From Hypanus sabinus (Eukaryota): a stretch of DNA of 64,000 bases. Of the stretch, positions 12,301 to 23,133 are shown one piece after another. Numbering within the stretch: the stretch's first letter is position 1; each line of letters opens with the position of its first letter. The position numbers were made by a program, and so were the translations under genes. The DNA lies in assembly GCF_030144855.1 (NCBI RefSeq), contig NC_082728.1, positions 5,704,001 to 5,768,000 of the forward strand, read 5' to 3'. A model generated the notes under the pieces. That model made no database searches and was not told where the DNA came from. It saw nothing but the letters and a program-made list of their open reading frames with translations.

Positions 12301-15300
12301 CCTGGAGGAAACCCAAGCAGTCACAGGGAGAACGTACTAACTCCTTACAGACAGCAGCAGGAATATTTACTGTTTGCCCTGGACACGGACTCTCCAGCCT
12401 GAACACTGACCATCTCCCCATGTATTTACCCTCTGCCCTCTGTCTGTCTGTGACTTCCCGTCTTGCTATTGTCTCTGAACATTCACCGTGCCACTGTCCA
12501 CCTATCTCAATAATGTGTGCCAGTCCAGAGACTGCTGCTAGTGTCCTCCAGGAACTGGTATACAATAATGTGCACACCATTACTAGACAGTGTGAGTAGA
12601 CAGTACTGAAATCCAGGTTCTGGTACACATTGACGTCTGTGCTGATACTGTGCTTGTGCTCTCCAGGACATTGTGGACTGGTTCAATGCAATAAGGGCAG
12701 CCCGGTTCCGATATCTCAAGATGGCTTTTCCCACAGCCCATGAATCAGATGTGAGTTCAGAGGGTTTTTTTTAATCTGTAAAATGCATTGCACTTGGATG
12801 AATAAGTGTGCACACAAATGAAGTACACATACGTACAAATACAGAGACGTATGTAAATGTGGACATGGAAATATAAAGTAAAGAGTGTGTATATGTTCTG
12901 AGAAATGTACTTTCATACAGTGACAGGCTGGATCGTATGCATCTGCACAGTGCCGGGAGCCTGTCCCATCGACTGCCGGACATTGTTGATCAGGGTCTTG
13001 GACTATATATGTGTTTTTTTTTCCTGAGTGAATATCCTTCTTTGCTCGCTATTTTGAATTGGGTTACTCGCTATTTTGAAGTTTGCTTGCTATTTGAAAT
13101 GTTTTGCACCTTGGCCCCAGAGGAACACTGTCTTGTTCTATGTATGGTTTGAATTATAATGGCATTTGACGTGATACAGCAAATACAAATAAAGTTACAA
13201 ATAAAAGGGAAGGGTTAGAAGAATTAGAGTAGGTTAAAAGGTTGGCACAACATTGTGGGCCAAAGGACCTGCAATTTTATTTTAATTGGTGATACAGTGC
13301 AGAACAAGCTGCACCACCCAACAACCCAGCGACTAACCCTAGCCTAATCAGAGGACAATGTACAAAGACCAATTAACCTACTAACCTGTATGTCTGTGTT
13401 TTACATTTTTCTCAGCTCATTCCTAAGTGCACATGGAATTATGCAAAAGAGGGATACATGGAAAAGACAGGCCCTTTGGTATGTAAACAGAATGGGTTGT
13501 GTTGTAATATAGAAACTAACGCTCTCTGAGTTCTTTCCAGTGACATCCCTCTCTCTCTTTCATTTATTTATTGAAAATTTTACAAGGAGGTTGCAGGGAC
13601 TAGCTGATGCACCATCAATAACTCACACTGAGACGTAAGGCGAGATATCGGCTTTTATTGACTGGAAGAAGGAACCAGGAGTGAGTGTCCATCATACTAT
13701 GACCTGGAGACTGAGGCCGAGTGTCAGGCCTCAGATCTCCTTTATACAGGGGCCTGTGGGAGGAGCCACAGGAGCATTCAGCAGGGGGCGTGTCCAGACA
13801 GGCACATAGTTCACCACACTAGCTTGCCTAAGTTATAAGGAAAGACTGAATAGGTTGAGACTTTATTCCTTGTAACTTAGAAAATTGAGGAGGTATACAA
13901 AATTATGAGGGGTAGTGACAGGGTAAATGTGACTAGGCTTTCTCCATTGAGCTTGGGTGACAACTTCAGGTCATGGGTTAAGAGTGAAAGATGAAAAGTT
14001 TAAGGAGAACGTGAGGGGAAACTTCTTCACTCAGAGAGTTGTGAGAGTGTGGAATGAGCTGCCAGTGCAAGTGGTGCATGTGAGCTCGATTTCAATGTAA
14101 GAGAGAAGTTTGGATGGGTACATGGATGGGAGGGATATGGAGGGTTATGGTCCCAGTGCAGGTTGAGGGGAGTAGGTATTTTAAATGGTTCAGCATGGAC
14201 TAGATGGGCTGAAGGATCTGATTCTGTGTGCTACTTCTCCATGACTCTGTTACTTGGAATATTATGTTCGATTGTGGTCCCCTCGTCATAGGAAGGGTGT
14301 GGAAGGTTTAGGAAGGGTACAGAAGAGATTTACCAGGATGTCGTCTGGGTGAGAGTGCATACCTTATGAGGATAGGTAGAACAAGCTGGGGGCTTTTCCC
14401 TTTGGAGCAAAGGAGGCTCACAGGTGACTTAATGGAAAAAGGAGGCATTGATAGATGTGCTGCGAGGCCACCTGCAAGTGTCGCCATGCTTCCAGTGCCA
14501 ACAGAGCATGCTCACAACTCACTGACCTCAACCCGTATGCACACCTTTGAACTGAGGGAGGAAAGCACGTGGTTCGTGGGTGAACATACAAACTCCTTAC
14601 AGACAGCAGTGGGATTTGAACTCTGATCACCACTGCCAGGAAGTGTTGTGCTAACCGTTAAACTGCCGTGTCAAGTGCACAGGTGCAGCAAAAAACTTTC
14701 TGGCAGCAGCATTCACAAAAAAATCATAAATTAAAGATAAATCATTTCACAGCTGCAGTGTTTGAGTAGCATTGGTGCTCTGTAAGAGAATGCATCGAAC
14801 TACTGGTAAAATAACACAGGGATAGGCAGACATGTACCATTTCTATTTACTAAACATATTATCAATAAAGTACATAGAGTACTACAACACAGAAACAGGC
14901 CCTTCAGCCCATCCAGTCCGTGACAAACCATTAATCTGCCGAATCCCATCAACCTGCACCCAGACCACAGCCTTCCATACCCCTTCACCTAACCAAACTT
15001 AAATTTTGAAATTGAACCCACATCAGCCACTTCTGCCAGTAGCTCATTCCACACTTGCACCACGCTCTGAGTGACTAAATTCGCCTTCAGGTTCCCCTTA
15101 AATATTTCACCTTTCGCCCTCAACGTACAACCTCTTGCTCTCATCTCGCCCAACTTCAGTGGAGAAAGCCTGCTTGCGTTAACCCCTTGTAATTTTGTAT
15201 ACCTCTGTCAAATCTCCCCTAGTCCCCTAAACTCCAGGCAATAAAGTCCTAACCTATTCAGCCTTTCAGTATAACTCACATCCTCAAGTCCCAGAAGCAT

Positions 15301-18300
15301 CCCTGTAAAATTTCTCTGTACTCTTTCAGTCTTATTGATAACCTTTCCTATTGGTAGGTGACCAGAACTGCATGCAATACTACCTGTGCACTACAGATTT
15401 AGCTTGACCAATGTCTTGTACAACTCCTGTAACTCAGTACTCTGATTTATGAAGGCCAAAGTGCCAAAAGCTTTCTTTATATCTTCTTGTGACGCCACTT
15501 TCAAAGAATTATGAATCTATCTTTATATTTCTTTGGAAAGAGAATACAGTGGATGTTTGAGAATATTCTCCCTTCAAAAATCGGCCATGACTTTGGAAAA
15601 TACAACCACCATTTGACCTCTAGAGGTGTTTAAAGTTGTGAAGGAGTTTGATAAGGTGGGTGTGAGGAGCGTGTTACTTTCCCAAGTGCAGGGAACACAC
15701 TCATGGCCTTCTGCTGCTGTAGCCCATCCACTTCAACGTTCGATGTGTTGTGCATTCAGAGAAGCTCTTCTGCACACCACTGTTGTCATCATACAAGGTT
15801 ATTTGAGTTACTGTTGCCTTCCTGTCAGCTTGAACTAGTATAAGTGAAAATTGTTATGTGTGCTCTCCTGGTTCAGCTCAGAGTATCCACAAACAAAGGA
15901 GATGACACACGTGTTCAAGGCCACAGGAAAGCACTTTATTAGAACGAGCACAAATGAAATACAGAAAGATAAAAAACAAGTGTCTCCAGTAATGGCAGTA
16001 CGGAAATAATAAAGAATACTTACCATCCTCTGAATGAGCTGATCTGCAGAATGCTGGCAGTGTCTCTCCCTCTCCCTCATAGTATTAGCCACCAGCTGTA
16101 GTCGTGGTCTAGCCTAGGACAAAATACTCCTCCCCTTGCACAATGAAGGTGCCTCTTTTATACCCTTCAAAACCCCTCACACTGGTACTTTTCCGTGCAT
16201 TTGGTACCTGCACCTGCACAATGATCTCACCTTCCCATGAAAAACATGTTTTTCACCATTTCCACTGTTATGGCTGTGGACTTGTAGGACTCCCACAACT
16301 TTATCAAAACATTGTTCTGGACTGGTTCTTTTGTAACACACTTTGTCTGACAGACTTCCATTCTATTTTAGCATATAGCAAGGAGGAATCACAGTTAACT
16401 TACAACCAGTCTGCCCATTCTCCTCTGACCTCTCACTCAGAGAACTGCTGTTCCCTGGGTGTTTCCATTGTTGAGACCATTCTCTGTAAATTCTAGGGAC
16501 GGTTGTGTGTGAAAATCGCAGGAGATCAGTAGTTTCTGAGATACTCAAACCACCCTGTCTGGCACCAACAATCATTCCACAGTCAAAGTCACTTAGATCA
16601 CATTTCTTCCCCATTCTGATGTTTGATCTGAACAACAAATGAACTTCTTGACCATGCCTGCACGCTTTTATGCACTGAATTGCTACCACATGATTGGCTG
16701 ATTAGATATTTACATTAATGAGCAGGCATACATAAGTACCTAATAAAGTGTAAATATAACAGTAATCAAATGAAATTCATATTAAAGTAAGAAATCAGAA
16801 CAATGCACAAGTTGTGGGGAGTTTAACAAGCTGAAAAGAAAGAAGGGACAGTAGTTGATGCAATAAAGGTGAAATAATGTGTGTGCTGCTTGGTAGCTGA
16901 GAATGATGAGCTAGAGTGAATGTCCTGTCCCTTTAAATTAATAAATGGGTTTATTATTGTCACCTGTACTGAGGTACAGTGAAAATCATTGTTTTGTATG
17001 CCAACCACATAGGTAATTTCATTATTAGAAATACATTGGAATAGTGAAAGAGGAATGAATAACTGAATGTAGATGATGTGTTATGGTTACAGGTTTATTA
17101 TTGAGCTTCAACTGTCCACACAGGTAGTTTCATTATGTCAGTGTATTGAGGATGTACAAGGGAAAATAATAACAAATTCCAAAGTTCAAAATAAATTTAT
17201 AATCAAAGAACATGTATGTCATCATTACAACCCTGAGACTCGTTTTCTTGTGGGCATACTCAGTAAACCCACGAAACACAATAGAATCATTGAAAGATTG
17301 CACCAACGGGATGGACAAACAACCCATGTGCAATAACAGCAAACTGTGCAAATACAAAGTAAAGAAGAAATAATAAGTAAATAAGCAAAAATTTATTGAT
17401 AACAAGAAATATGAGTGTATAGATTGTGGGAACAGTTCAGTGAGTGAAGCTATCCTCACTGGTTCAAGGTCCTGATGGTTGAGGGGTGATAACTGTTCCT
17501 GAACCTGGTGGTGTGGGACCTGATGGTTGAGGGGTGATAACTGTTCCTGATCCTGGTGATGTGGGACCTGATGGTTGAGGGGTGTTAACTGTTCCTGAAC
17601 CTGGTGTTGTGGGACCTGATGGTTGACGGGTAATAACTGTTCCTGAACCTGGTGTTGTGGGACCTGATAGTTGAGGGGTGATAACTGCTCCTGAACCCAG
17701 TGGTGTGGGACCTGATGATTGAGGGGTGATAACTGTTCCTTTACCTGGTGGTGTGGGACCTGATGGTTGAGGAGTAATAATTGTTCCTGAACCTGGTGGT
17801 GTGGGACTGATGGTTGAGGGGTGATAACTGTTCCTGAACCTGGTGGTGTGTGACCTGATGGTTGAGGGGTGATAACTGTTCCTGAACCTGGTGGTGTGGG
17901 ACCTGATGATTGAGGGGTAATAACTGTTCCTGAACCTGGTGGTGTGGGACCTGAAGGTTGAGGGGTGATAACTGTTCCTGAACCTGGTGGTGTGGGACCT
18001 GATGGTTGAGGGGTGATAACTGTTCCTGAACCTGATGATTGAGGGGTGATAACTGTTCCTGAGCCTGATGGTGTGGGACCTGATGATTGAGGGGTGATAA
18101 CTGTTCCTGAACCTGATGGTGTGGGACCTGATGATTGAGGGGTAATAACTGTTCCTGAGCCTGGTGGTGTGGGACCTGATGGTTGAGGGGTGATAACTGT
18201 TCCTGAGCCTGATGATTGAGGGGTGATAACTGTTCCCGAGCCTGATGGTGTGGGACCTGATGATTGAGGGGTAATAACTGTTCCTGAACCTGGTGGTGTG

Positions 18301-21300
18301 GGACCTGATGATTGAGGGGTAATAACTGTTCCTGAGCCTGGTGGTGTGGGACCTGATGGTTGAGTGGTGATAACTGTACCTGTACCTGGTGGTGTGGGAC
18401 CTGATGGTTGAGGGGTAATAACTGTCCCTGAACCTGGTGGTGTGGGATCTGATGGTTGAGTGGTGATAACTGTACCTGTACCTGGTGGTGTGGGACCTGA
18501 TGATTGAGGGGTGATAACTGTTCCTGAACCTGGTGGTGTGGGACCTGATGGTTGAGTGGTGATAACTGTTCCTGAACCTGATGTTTGAGGGGTGATAATT
18601 GTTCCTGAGCCTGATGGTGTGGGACCTGATGATTGAGGGGCAATAACTGTTCCTGAGGCTGGTGGTGTGGGACCTGATGGTTGAGGGGTGATAACTGTTC
18701 CTGAGCCTGATGATTGAGGGGTGATAACTGTTCCCGAGCCTGATGGTGTGGGACCTGATGATTGAGGGGTAATAACTGTTCCTGAACCTGGTGGTGTGGG
18801 ACCTGATGATTGAGGGGTAATAACTGTCCCTGAACCTGGTGGTGTGGGATCTGATGGTTGAGTGGTGATAACTGTACCTGTACCTGGTGGTGTGGGACCT
18901 GATGATTGAGGGGTGATAACTGTTCCTGAACCTGGTGGTGTGGGACCTGATGGTTGAGTGGTGATAACTGTACCTGTACCTGGTGGTGTGGGACCTGATG
19001 GTTGAGGGGTAATAACTGTCCCTGAACCTGGTGGTGTGGGATCTGATGGTTGAGTGGTGATAACTGTACCTGTACCTGGTGGTGTGGGACCTGATGATTG
19101 AGGGGTGATAACTGTTCCTGAACCTGGTGGTGTGGGACCTGATGGTTGAGTGGTGATAACTGTTCCTGAACCTGATGTTTGAGGGGTGATAATTGTTCCT
19201 GAGCCTGATGGTGTGGGACCTGATGATTGAGGGGTAATAACTGTTCCTGAGGCTGGTGGTGTGGGACCTGATGGTTGAGGGGTGATAACTGTTCCTGAGC
19301 CTGATGATTGAGGGGTGATAACTGTTCCCGAGCCTGATGGTGTGGGACCTGATGGTTGAGGGATGATAACTGTTCCTGAACCTGGTGGTGTGGGACCTGA
19401 TGATTGAGGGGTAATAACTGTCCCTGAACCTGGTGGTGTGGGATCTGATGGTTGAGTGGTGATAACTGTACCTGTACCTGGTGGTGTGGGACCTGATGGT
19501 TGAGGGCAATAACTGTTCCTGAACCTGGTGGTGTGGGACCTGATGGTTGAGGGGTGATAACTGTTCCTGAACCTGGTGGTGTGGGACCTGATGATTGAGG
19601 GGTGATAACTGTTCCTGAACCTGGTGGTGTGGGACCTGATGGTTGAGTGGTGATAACTGTTCCTGAACCTGGTGGTATGGGATCTGATGGTTGAGTGGTG
19701 ATAACTGTACCTGTACCTGGTGGTGTGGGACCTGATGGTTGAGGGGTAATAACTGTCCCTGAACCTGGTGGTGTGGGATCTGATGGTTGAGTGGTGATAA
19801 CTGTACCTGTACCTGGTGGTGTGGGACCTGATGATTGAGGGGTGATAACTGTTCCTGAACCTGGTGGTGTGGGTTCCTGATGGTTGAGTGGTGATAACTG
19901 TTCCTGAACCTGGTGGTGTGGGACCTGATGGTTGAGTGGTGATAACTGTACCTGTACCTGGTGGTGTGGGACCTGATGATTGAGGGGTGATAACTGTTCC
20001 TGAACCTGGTGGTGTGGGACCTGATGATTGAGGGGTAATAACTGTTCCTGAGCCTGGTGGTGTGGGACCTGGAGCTCCTGAACCTCTTGCCCAAAGGCAG
20101 CAGTGAGAAGAGAGCATGGCCTGGATGGTGGATGCTGCTTTTCTGTGATAGCTCAACAAGGGGGTAACAGAATTAAGAATAAAGTGTTCCGGTTACTGTG
20201 CAGACAGACAGTAAAAGTGCAAGTTCATAATAGGGTAGATTGTGAAGCCAAGTCCACCTTTACATGCTGTTCAACAGTCTTATAACAACAGGTGACCCTG
20301 AGCTGCTGGGATGTTTCATCAGTCTTTTGTAATTTCTGCCTGGTGAGAGATGGGAGAAGAAATTTGTCAAGGATTCTCTGTGTCACCAGAGCATGGTGAA
20401 GTTGCCAGTGTACCGTACCTCCGTTATAATTGTTCTGCACTGCTACATCTACATTGTCTCTGTCACTGTAACTCCTCGTTCTCCAATCAGTTATTGTTTT
20501 CCCTTTATCACTGCAATGCACTGGTGTAATGAGGGACGTGCACTGTACACCAAGTGATGGGTAACGGTTAGCTTAACGCTTTACAGCACCAGCTGTAAGA
20601 TCTGGCTTCAACTGTCTGCAAGGAGTTTGTACAATCTGCCCGTGACCATGTGGGTTTTCATTCCGGTACTCCAATTTCCTCCCACACCCTAACCTGTACG
20701 TCTTGGGAGTTAGTAAATTGCGAGCATGCTATGTTGGTGTTGGAATCCTGGAGACAATTGCGGGCTGCCCCCAGCATATGCTGGTTGTTGATACAAACGA
20801 CACGTTTCACTGTGTGTTTTGATGTACATGTGACAAATAAAGCTAATCTCTAACCTCTAAATCTCAGAACGTGACAACAATAACCCAATTTAGCAATGAA
20901 TGGAAATTAAATGCAATGTGAATGTACACGGACAGTATCTTAAGAGGCCAAAGTGGAATCGTTTACCTCGGAACTAAATTGGGCGCCACGGTACAACAGT
21001 GGTTGTCACAATGCTAGTGCAGCTTGGGGTGCCCTCTGTTAGGAGTGGAATGCGTGGGTTTTCTCCCAGAGTCCAATAGCGTACTGATTATAAGGTTAAA
21101 TGGTCATTGTAAATTGTCCCGTGATTAGGCTAGGGTTAAATCTGGGCGCACCGACTGGAAGGGCTGATTCCACACTGTATTTGTAAATCAGGGGCTCCCA
21201 AGCTTTGTAACCGAGGGGGTCTGTGGACCGTAAGTTGGGAATCTCTGCTTAAAAGGAACTAAATTCTCTTTTACAGGAAAAAGAACATTTTAAAAGGCGA

Positions 21301-22563
21301 TGGTTTACCCTGGATAATATAAACCGCAAATTGCTGTATTTCAAAGAGCCGCTGGTAAGTGTCAGGCCGAGTCTACAATAGAAAAAGACAGCATCGCACG
21401 TGGCGGGCAGCAACAAACACGTGGATTGCTAGATAAGTTTTCCACTCAAGAAACAAACTTGCTTCATGTCCTCACATCACATCTTAATTTCCAGCTTCTC
21501 CGTGTCTGACAGAATAAACGAGTACTGTAGCCAGAGAATTTCCTCGTCAAACTACTAACTGAAGTTAGAACTTAATTATTTCTCGCCGTCACCTGCAGGG
21601 AAACCGTCGCAACCCTGTGTCCGAGTCCCCAACCTGGGTTTGATCGTGTGTCATCCCTCTGGTTTATACAGTTTAAACATGAGCTTTATTTATCAGATTA
21701 CATCGAAACACACAGTGAAATGTGTCGTTTGTGTCAATGACTAACACAGTCCGAGGATGTAGCCCCAAAGAGTCGCCACGCTTCTGGCCTGTCCGAGATT
21801 GCAGGGCATTACACGCTTGCCTGTTTCCTTCTTCGCAGGATGCCTATACGCAAGGGGAGGTGTTCATTGGGAACACAGAGCATGGGTACGACGTGACAGA
21901 GGGGCTCCCTCCCGGTGTCAAGGGCAACAAGTGGAACTTTGGGTTAACGATACGGACCCCGGGGAGGAGGTTCCTGTTTACATGTGAGACTGAGCAGGAC
22001 CGCAAGGAATGGATCAATGTTTTAGAAGAGGTTATTTCCAAGCCCATGTCCTGTCAGGATTACACAGGTAAGAAGAGATGGTGTATTCATTACTTTGAAC
22101 TTGGCATCTTTTGCTAGAGGAAGGTGTTTATTTCCGTTTGTTTTCAGGGTTAGATGCGTGTTTGGTTGTGCTCCAGGCTAGTTTGTGGGAGGTAAGATTG
22201 AGTTAATTCGGGGTCTGGTTTTGCCCATAGCCATTCCTGAGGGATGAGGGAAACGATCCAAGCCTGTGGGCACGAACCCGGAGTCCGAGGTCCTGGCATC
22301 GAGGATCGATACGCGTGATAAATCTGAATCATTTGTGCACGCGTCGAGAATTGCAAATTGAAAAATTACACGGAAGTTTTATTCCATTATCTCCAGTTTT
22401 TTGAGTAATGATATGTATATTTTGAAAGGGCAGTTTTCTGTAACCATAAGCGACTGTAACACTGTGTGAAAATTATCAAACTGGTTTTACTGCACGATAC
22501 GCCTAACATCCTGTTTGCTTTTGTACAGTTGAGGCGGCCTTGAGGCGAAAACAGAGGAGATGA
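3263..22563 (+). CDS. ADAP2: Arf-GAP with dual PH domain protein 2 (centaurin-alpha-2), 5'-partial. Coding exons 3263-3393, 4223-4314, 6069-6154, 8242-8354, 11709-11855, 12667-12750, 13416-13478, 21277-21354, 21839-22067, 22529-22563
   Basis: Ten GT-AG exons splice in one frame: ArfGAP (DPEWVSYTLGVFICLNCSGIHR), PH1 (LWKRGKD..RSF) and PH2 (YMEKTGP..FKRRWF), ending in TGA. ADAP2 rather than ADAP1 because of LDFWDD, the 26-codon exon at 21277, and linkage to ZNF207/C17orf75 (human 17q11.2 genes). The first exon (first CxxC) was not found in 1-3262. Confidence 0.9.
3520..4015. repeat. GA-rich polypurine low-complexity tract in ADAP2 intron 2
   Basis: Recurrent gagagagatc / ggggagaga motifs. Confidence 0.85.
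4223..4314 (+). CDS. ADAP2: ADAP2 exon 3 (92 nt)
   Basis: ttttgcag|GAAATG...TGCAA|gtaagg; EMRRKGNQVVKRYYEANIPPFYYKPQAADC. Confidence 0.93.
6069..6154 (+). CDS. ADAP2: ADAP2 exon 4 (86 nt)
   Basis: ttccag|AGTTCTG...TCAG|gtaaag; VLKEQWIRAKYDRKEF (ArfGAP C-terminal motif). Confidence 0.95.
7733..8172 (-). mobile_element. Rex1/Babar-like LINE 3' end
   Basis: DPHRPGHALFLLLSSGRRYRSLETHTTRFRNSYYPSTVRLLN* followed by the 3' UTR. Confidence 0.75.
8242..8354 (+). CDS. ADAP2: ADAP2 exon 5 (113 nt), start of PH1
   Basis: gtgaag|GTGACC...GAGGAT|gtatgg; DRTGCLWKRGKDKGSFHQRSFQLLEKEGTLRYYSRED. Confidence 0.93.
8655..9040 (-). mobile_element. RTE-clade LINE C-terminal fragment
   Basis: ELASGKRTAGCPQLCYKDVCK and CDLCNRD..G motifs typical of RTE ORF ends. 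Confidence 0.7.
9264..9301 (-). ncRNA. Minimal hammerhead ribozyme motif with intact core
   Basis: Minus strand TAGTC-CTGATGA-AGGATCTTGGTCT-GAAAT-ATC-AACGG; core CUGAUGA/GAAA/AUC intact, stem I degraded. Confidence 0.5.
9623..10784 (-). mobile_element. 5'-truncated CR1 LINE nested in the Penelope element
   Basis: LYKALMRPHLEYCVQFW; FSQRVVNLWN; tail tcttatggtt. Confidence 0.9.
11709..11855 (+). CDS. ADAP2: ADAP2 exon 6 (147 nt)
   Basis: caacag|GTTAAG...GGGAAG|gtgaga; VKEPRGVIQVSKMNATFQPEKIGNPNGLQITFLEDGHTRNIFVYHKSGK. Confidence 0.95.
11920..12145. repeat. Degenerate minisatellite, unit about 38 bp, about 6 copies, just after ADAP2 exon 6
   Basis: CCCAGACACTGACTGTCTGCCCTATTATTGACCATCTG units; related copies resume near 12376-12440 after a SINE. 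Confidence 0.85.
12667..12750 (+). CDS. ADAP2: ADAP2 exon 7 (84 nt)
   Basis: ctccag|GACATT...TCAGAT|gtgagt; DIVDWFNAIRAARFRYLKMAFPTAHESD. Confidence 0.95.
13416..13478 (+). CDS. ADAP2: ADAP2 exon 8 (63 nt), start of PH2
   Basis: tctcag|CTCATT...CCTTTG|gtatgt; LIPKCTWNYAKEGYMEKTGPL. Confidence 0.95.
13575..14250 (+). mobile_element. CR1 3' fragment hosting the solo LTR
   Basis: ttcttcactcagagagttgtgagagtgtggaatgagctgcc and typical CR1 3' UTR. Confidence 0.75.
13605..13818 (-). mobile_element. Solo LTR (214 bp) with 5-bp TSD CTAGC
   Basis: TG...CA termini; CTAGC at 13600-13604 and 13819-13823; minus-strand TATAAA near 13741-13746 and AATAAA 13659-13654; interrupts a CR1. Confidence 0.85.
14875..15520 (-). 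mobile_element. CR1 3' fragment
   Basis: Reverse-complement CR1 3' UTR and ORF2 end. Confidence 0.7.
15690..16750 (-). mobile_element. Tc1/mariner transposon remnant, interrupted by an LTR
   Basis: MGKKCDLSDFDCGMIVGARQGGLSISETTDLL..SHTTV..IYREW (Tc1 paired-like HTH); end gtacctaataaagtg. Confidence 0.85.
15839..16404 (-). mobile_element. Solo LTR (566 bp) nested in the Tc1 element
   Basis: Termini T(A)TAAGT...ACTTACA; TSD ACTAG/ACCAG; the host sequence rejoins across it; a related copy lies at 54392-54775. Confidence 0.75.
17175..20150 (-). mobile_element. Rex1/Babar-like LINE 3' end hosting the tandem array
   Basis: Flanks match the same element at 7733-8172 and 54776-55290; C-terminal motif HTTRFRNSYYPSTIR. 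Confidence 0.75.
17468..20072. repeat. Minisatellite array, 48-bp unit with a 33-bp variant, roughly 55 units, inside a Rex1/Babar-like LINE
   Basis: Unit GACCTGATGGTTGAGGGGTGATAACTGTTCCTGAACCTGGTGGTGTGG; single-copy equivalents at about 8022-8070 and 55050-55097. Confidence 0.97.
20560..20850 (+). mobile_element. tRNA-derived SINE
   Basis: ggttagc..acgctttacagcaccagc head and gatgtacatgtgacaaataaagct tail; related copies near 5200-5460(-), 14450-14670(-), 36455-36765(+), 38160-38380(-). Confidence 0.7.
21277..21354 (+). CDS. ADAP2: ADAP2 exon 9 (78 nt)
   Basis: ttacag|GAAAAA...CCGCTG|gtaagt; EKEHFKRRWFTLDNINRKLLYFKEPL. Confidence 0.95.
21839..22067 (+). CDS. ADAP2: ADAP2 exon 10 (229 nt)
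   Basis: tcgcag|GATGCC...ACAG|gtaaga; DAYTQGEVFIG...TPGRRFLFTCETEQDRKEWINVL. Confidence 0.95.
22529..22563 (+). CDS. ADAP2: ADAP2 terminal coding exon
   Basis: ttgtacag|TTGAGGCG...AGA TGA; (V)EAALRRKQRR*, phase-compatible with exon 10. Confidence 0.85.
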
Positions 22564-23127
22564 TCATTGATATCTTGGTTTTGACGCCATAAAGACACAC
22601 TTTGACCGGAAGATAAACTTAAATAAGCAATGGGGATATACCAGTTGTGGATAATAAGTCCCTCGCTGTTCACAGAATAACTAGCTGCAGGAGCTACCTG
22701 AATGCACTGTGATCTGAACAGAAAATTACTCAAAATTGAGGAAAGCTCCTCCATCACTGGTTCTGTGGTCGTCTGAAATCAACTAATTTAATATTGGAAT
22801 TGGAAACCGAGACTAAAGCAGCAAGCATTTCCTTGGAACCTTTTCCTGCTGCTGCTGGATTTGGAAACAGGCAAACAGAAGCCAAACTCAAAGGACTGCT
22901 GTTATTTCAATGATAGCAATCGTTCCTACTCTGGGCCACGTATGGATGGGTCAGTCGTCTTTACACCTACTTTGCCACAGCTTCAGACGGCAATCCTTAA
23001 CTTGCTTAATTGAGAGATCATTGGAGCAACAGGTTAACTGTTTGCCTCAATACGTCGCTTTAATGAGTTGACCGGCATGGACGGTGAGCAAGGCCTTTTC
23101 CCCCCATTGTACCTTCGTACACGTGAT

Positions 23128-23133
23128 AATAAA
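23128..23133 (+). terminator. Candidate ADAP2 polyadenylation signal AATAAA
   Basis: First AATAAA I found downstream of the stop codon (about 565 nt away). Confidence 0.45.

Noticed and set aside
17468-20072. CRISPR-like array
   Set aside because: There are no unique spacers, the units are contiguous, the context is eukaryotic and there are no cas genes.
17133-20159. 1008-aa, 876-aa and 300-aa ORFs as a mucin-like gene
   Set aside because: They consist of a LINE-derived tandem repeat and LINE 3' UTR, lie antisense in an intron, change frame at indels and lack a signal peptide. Kept only as a finding.
20560-21190. tRNA genes
   Set aside because: The A/B-box-like heads belong to degenerate SINEs; there is no complete cloverleaf.
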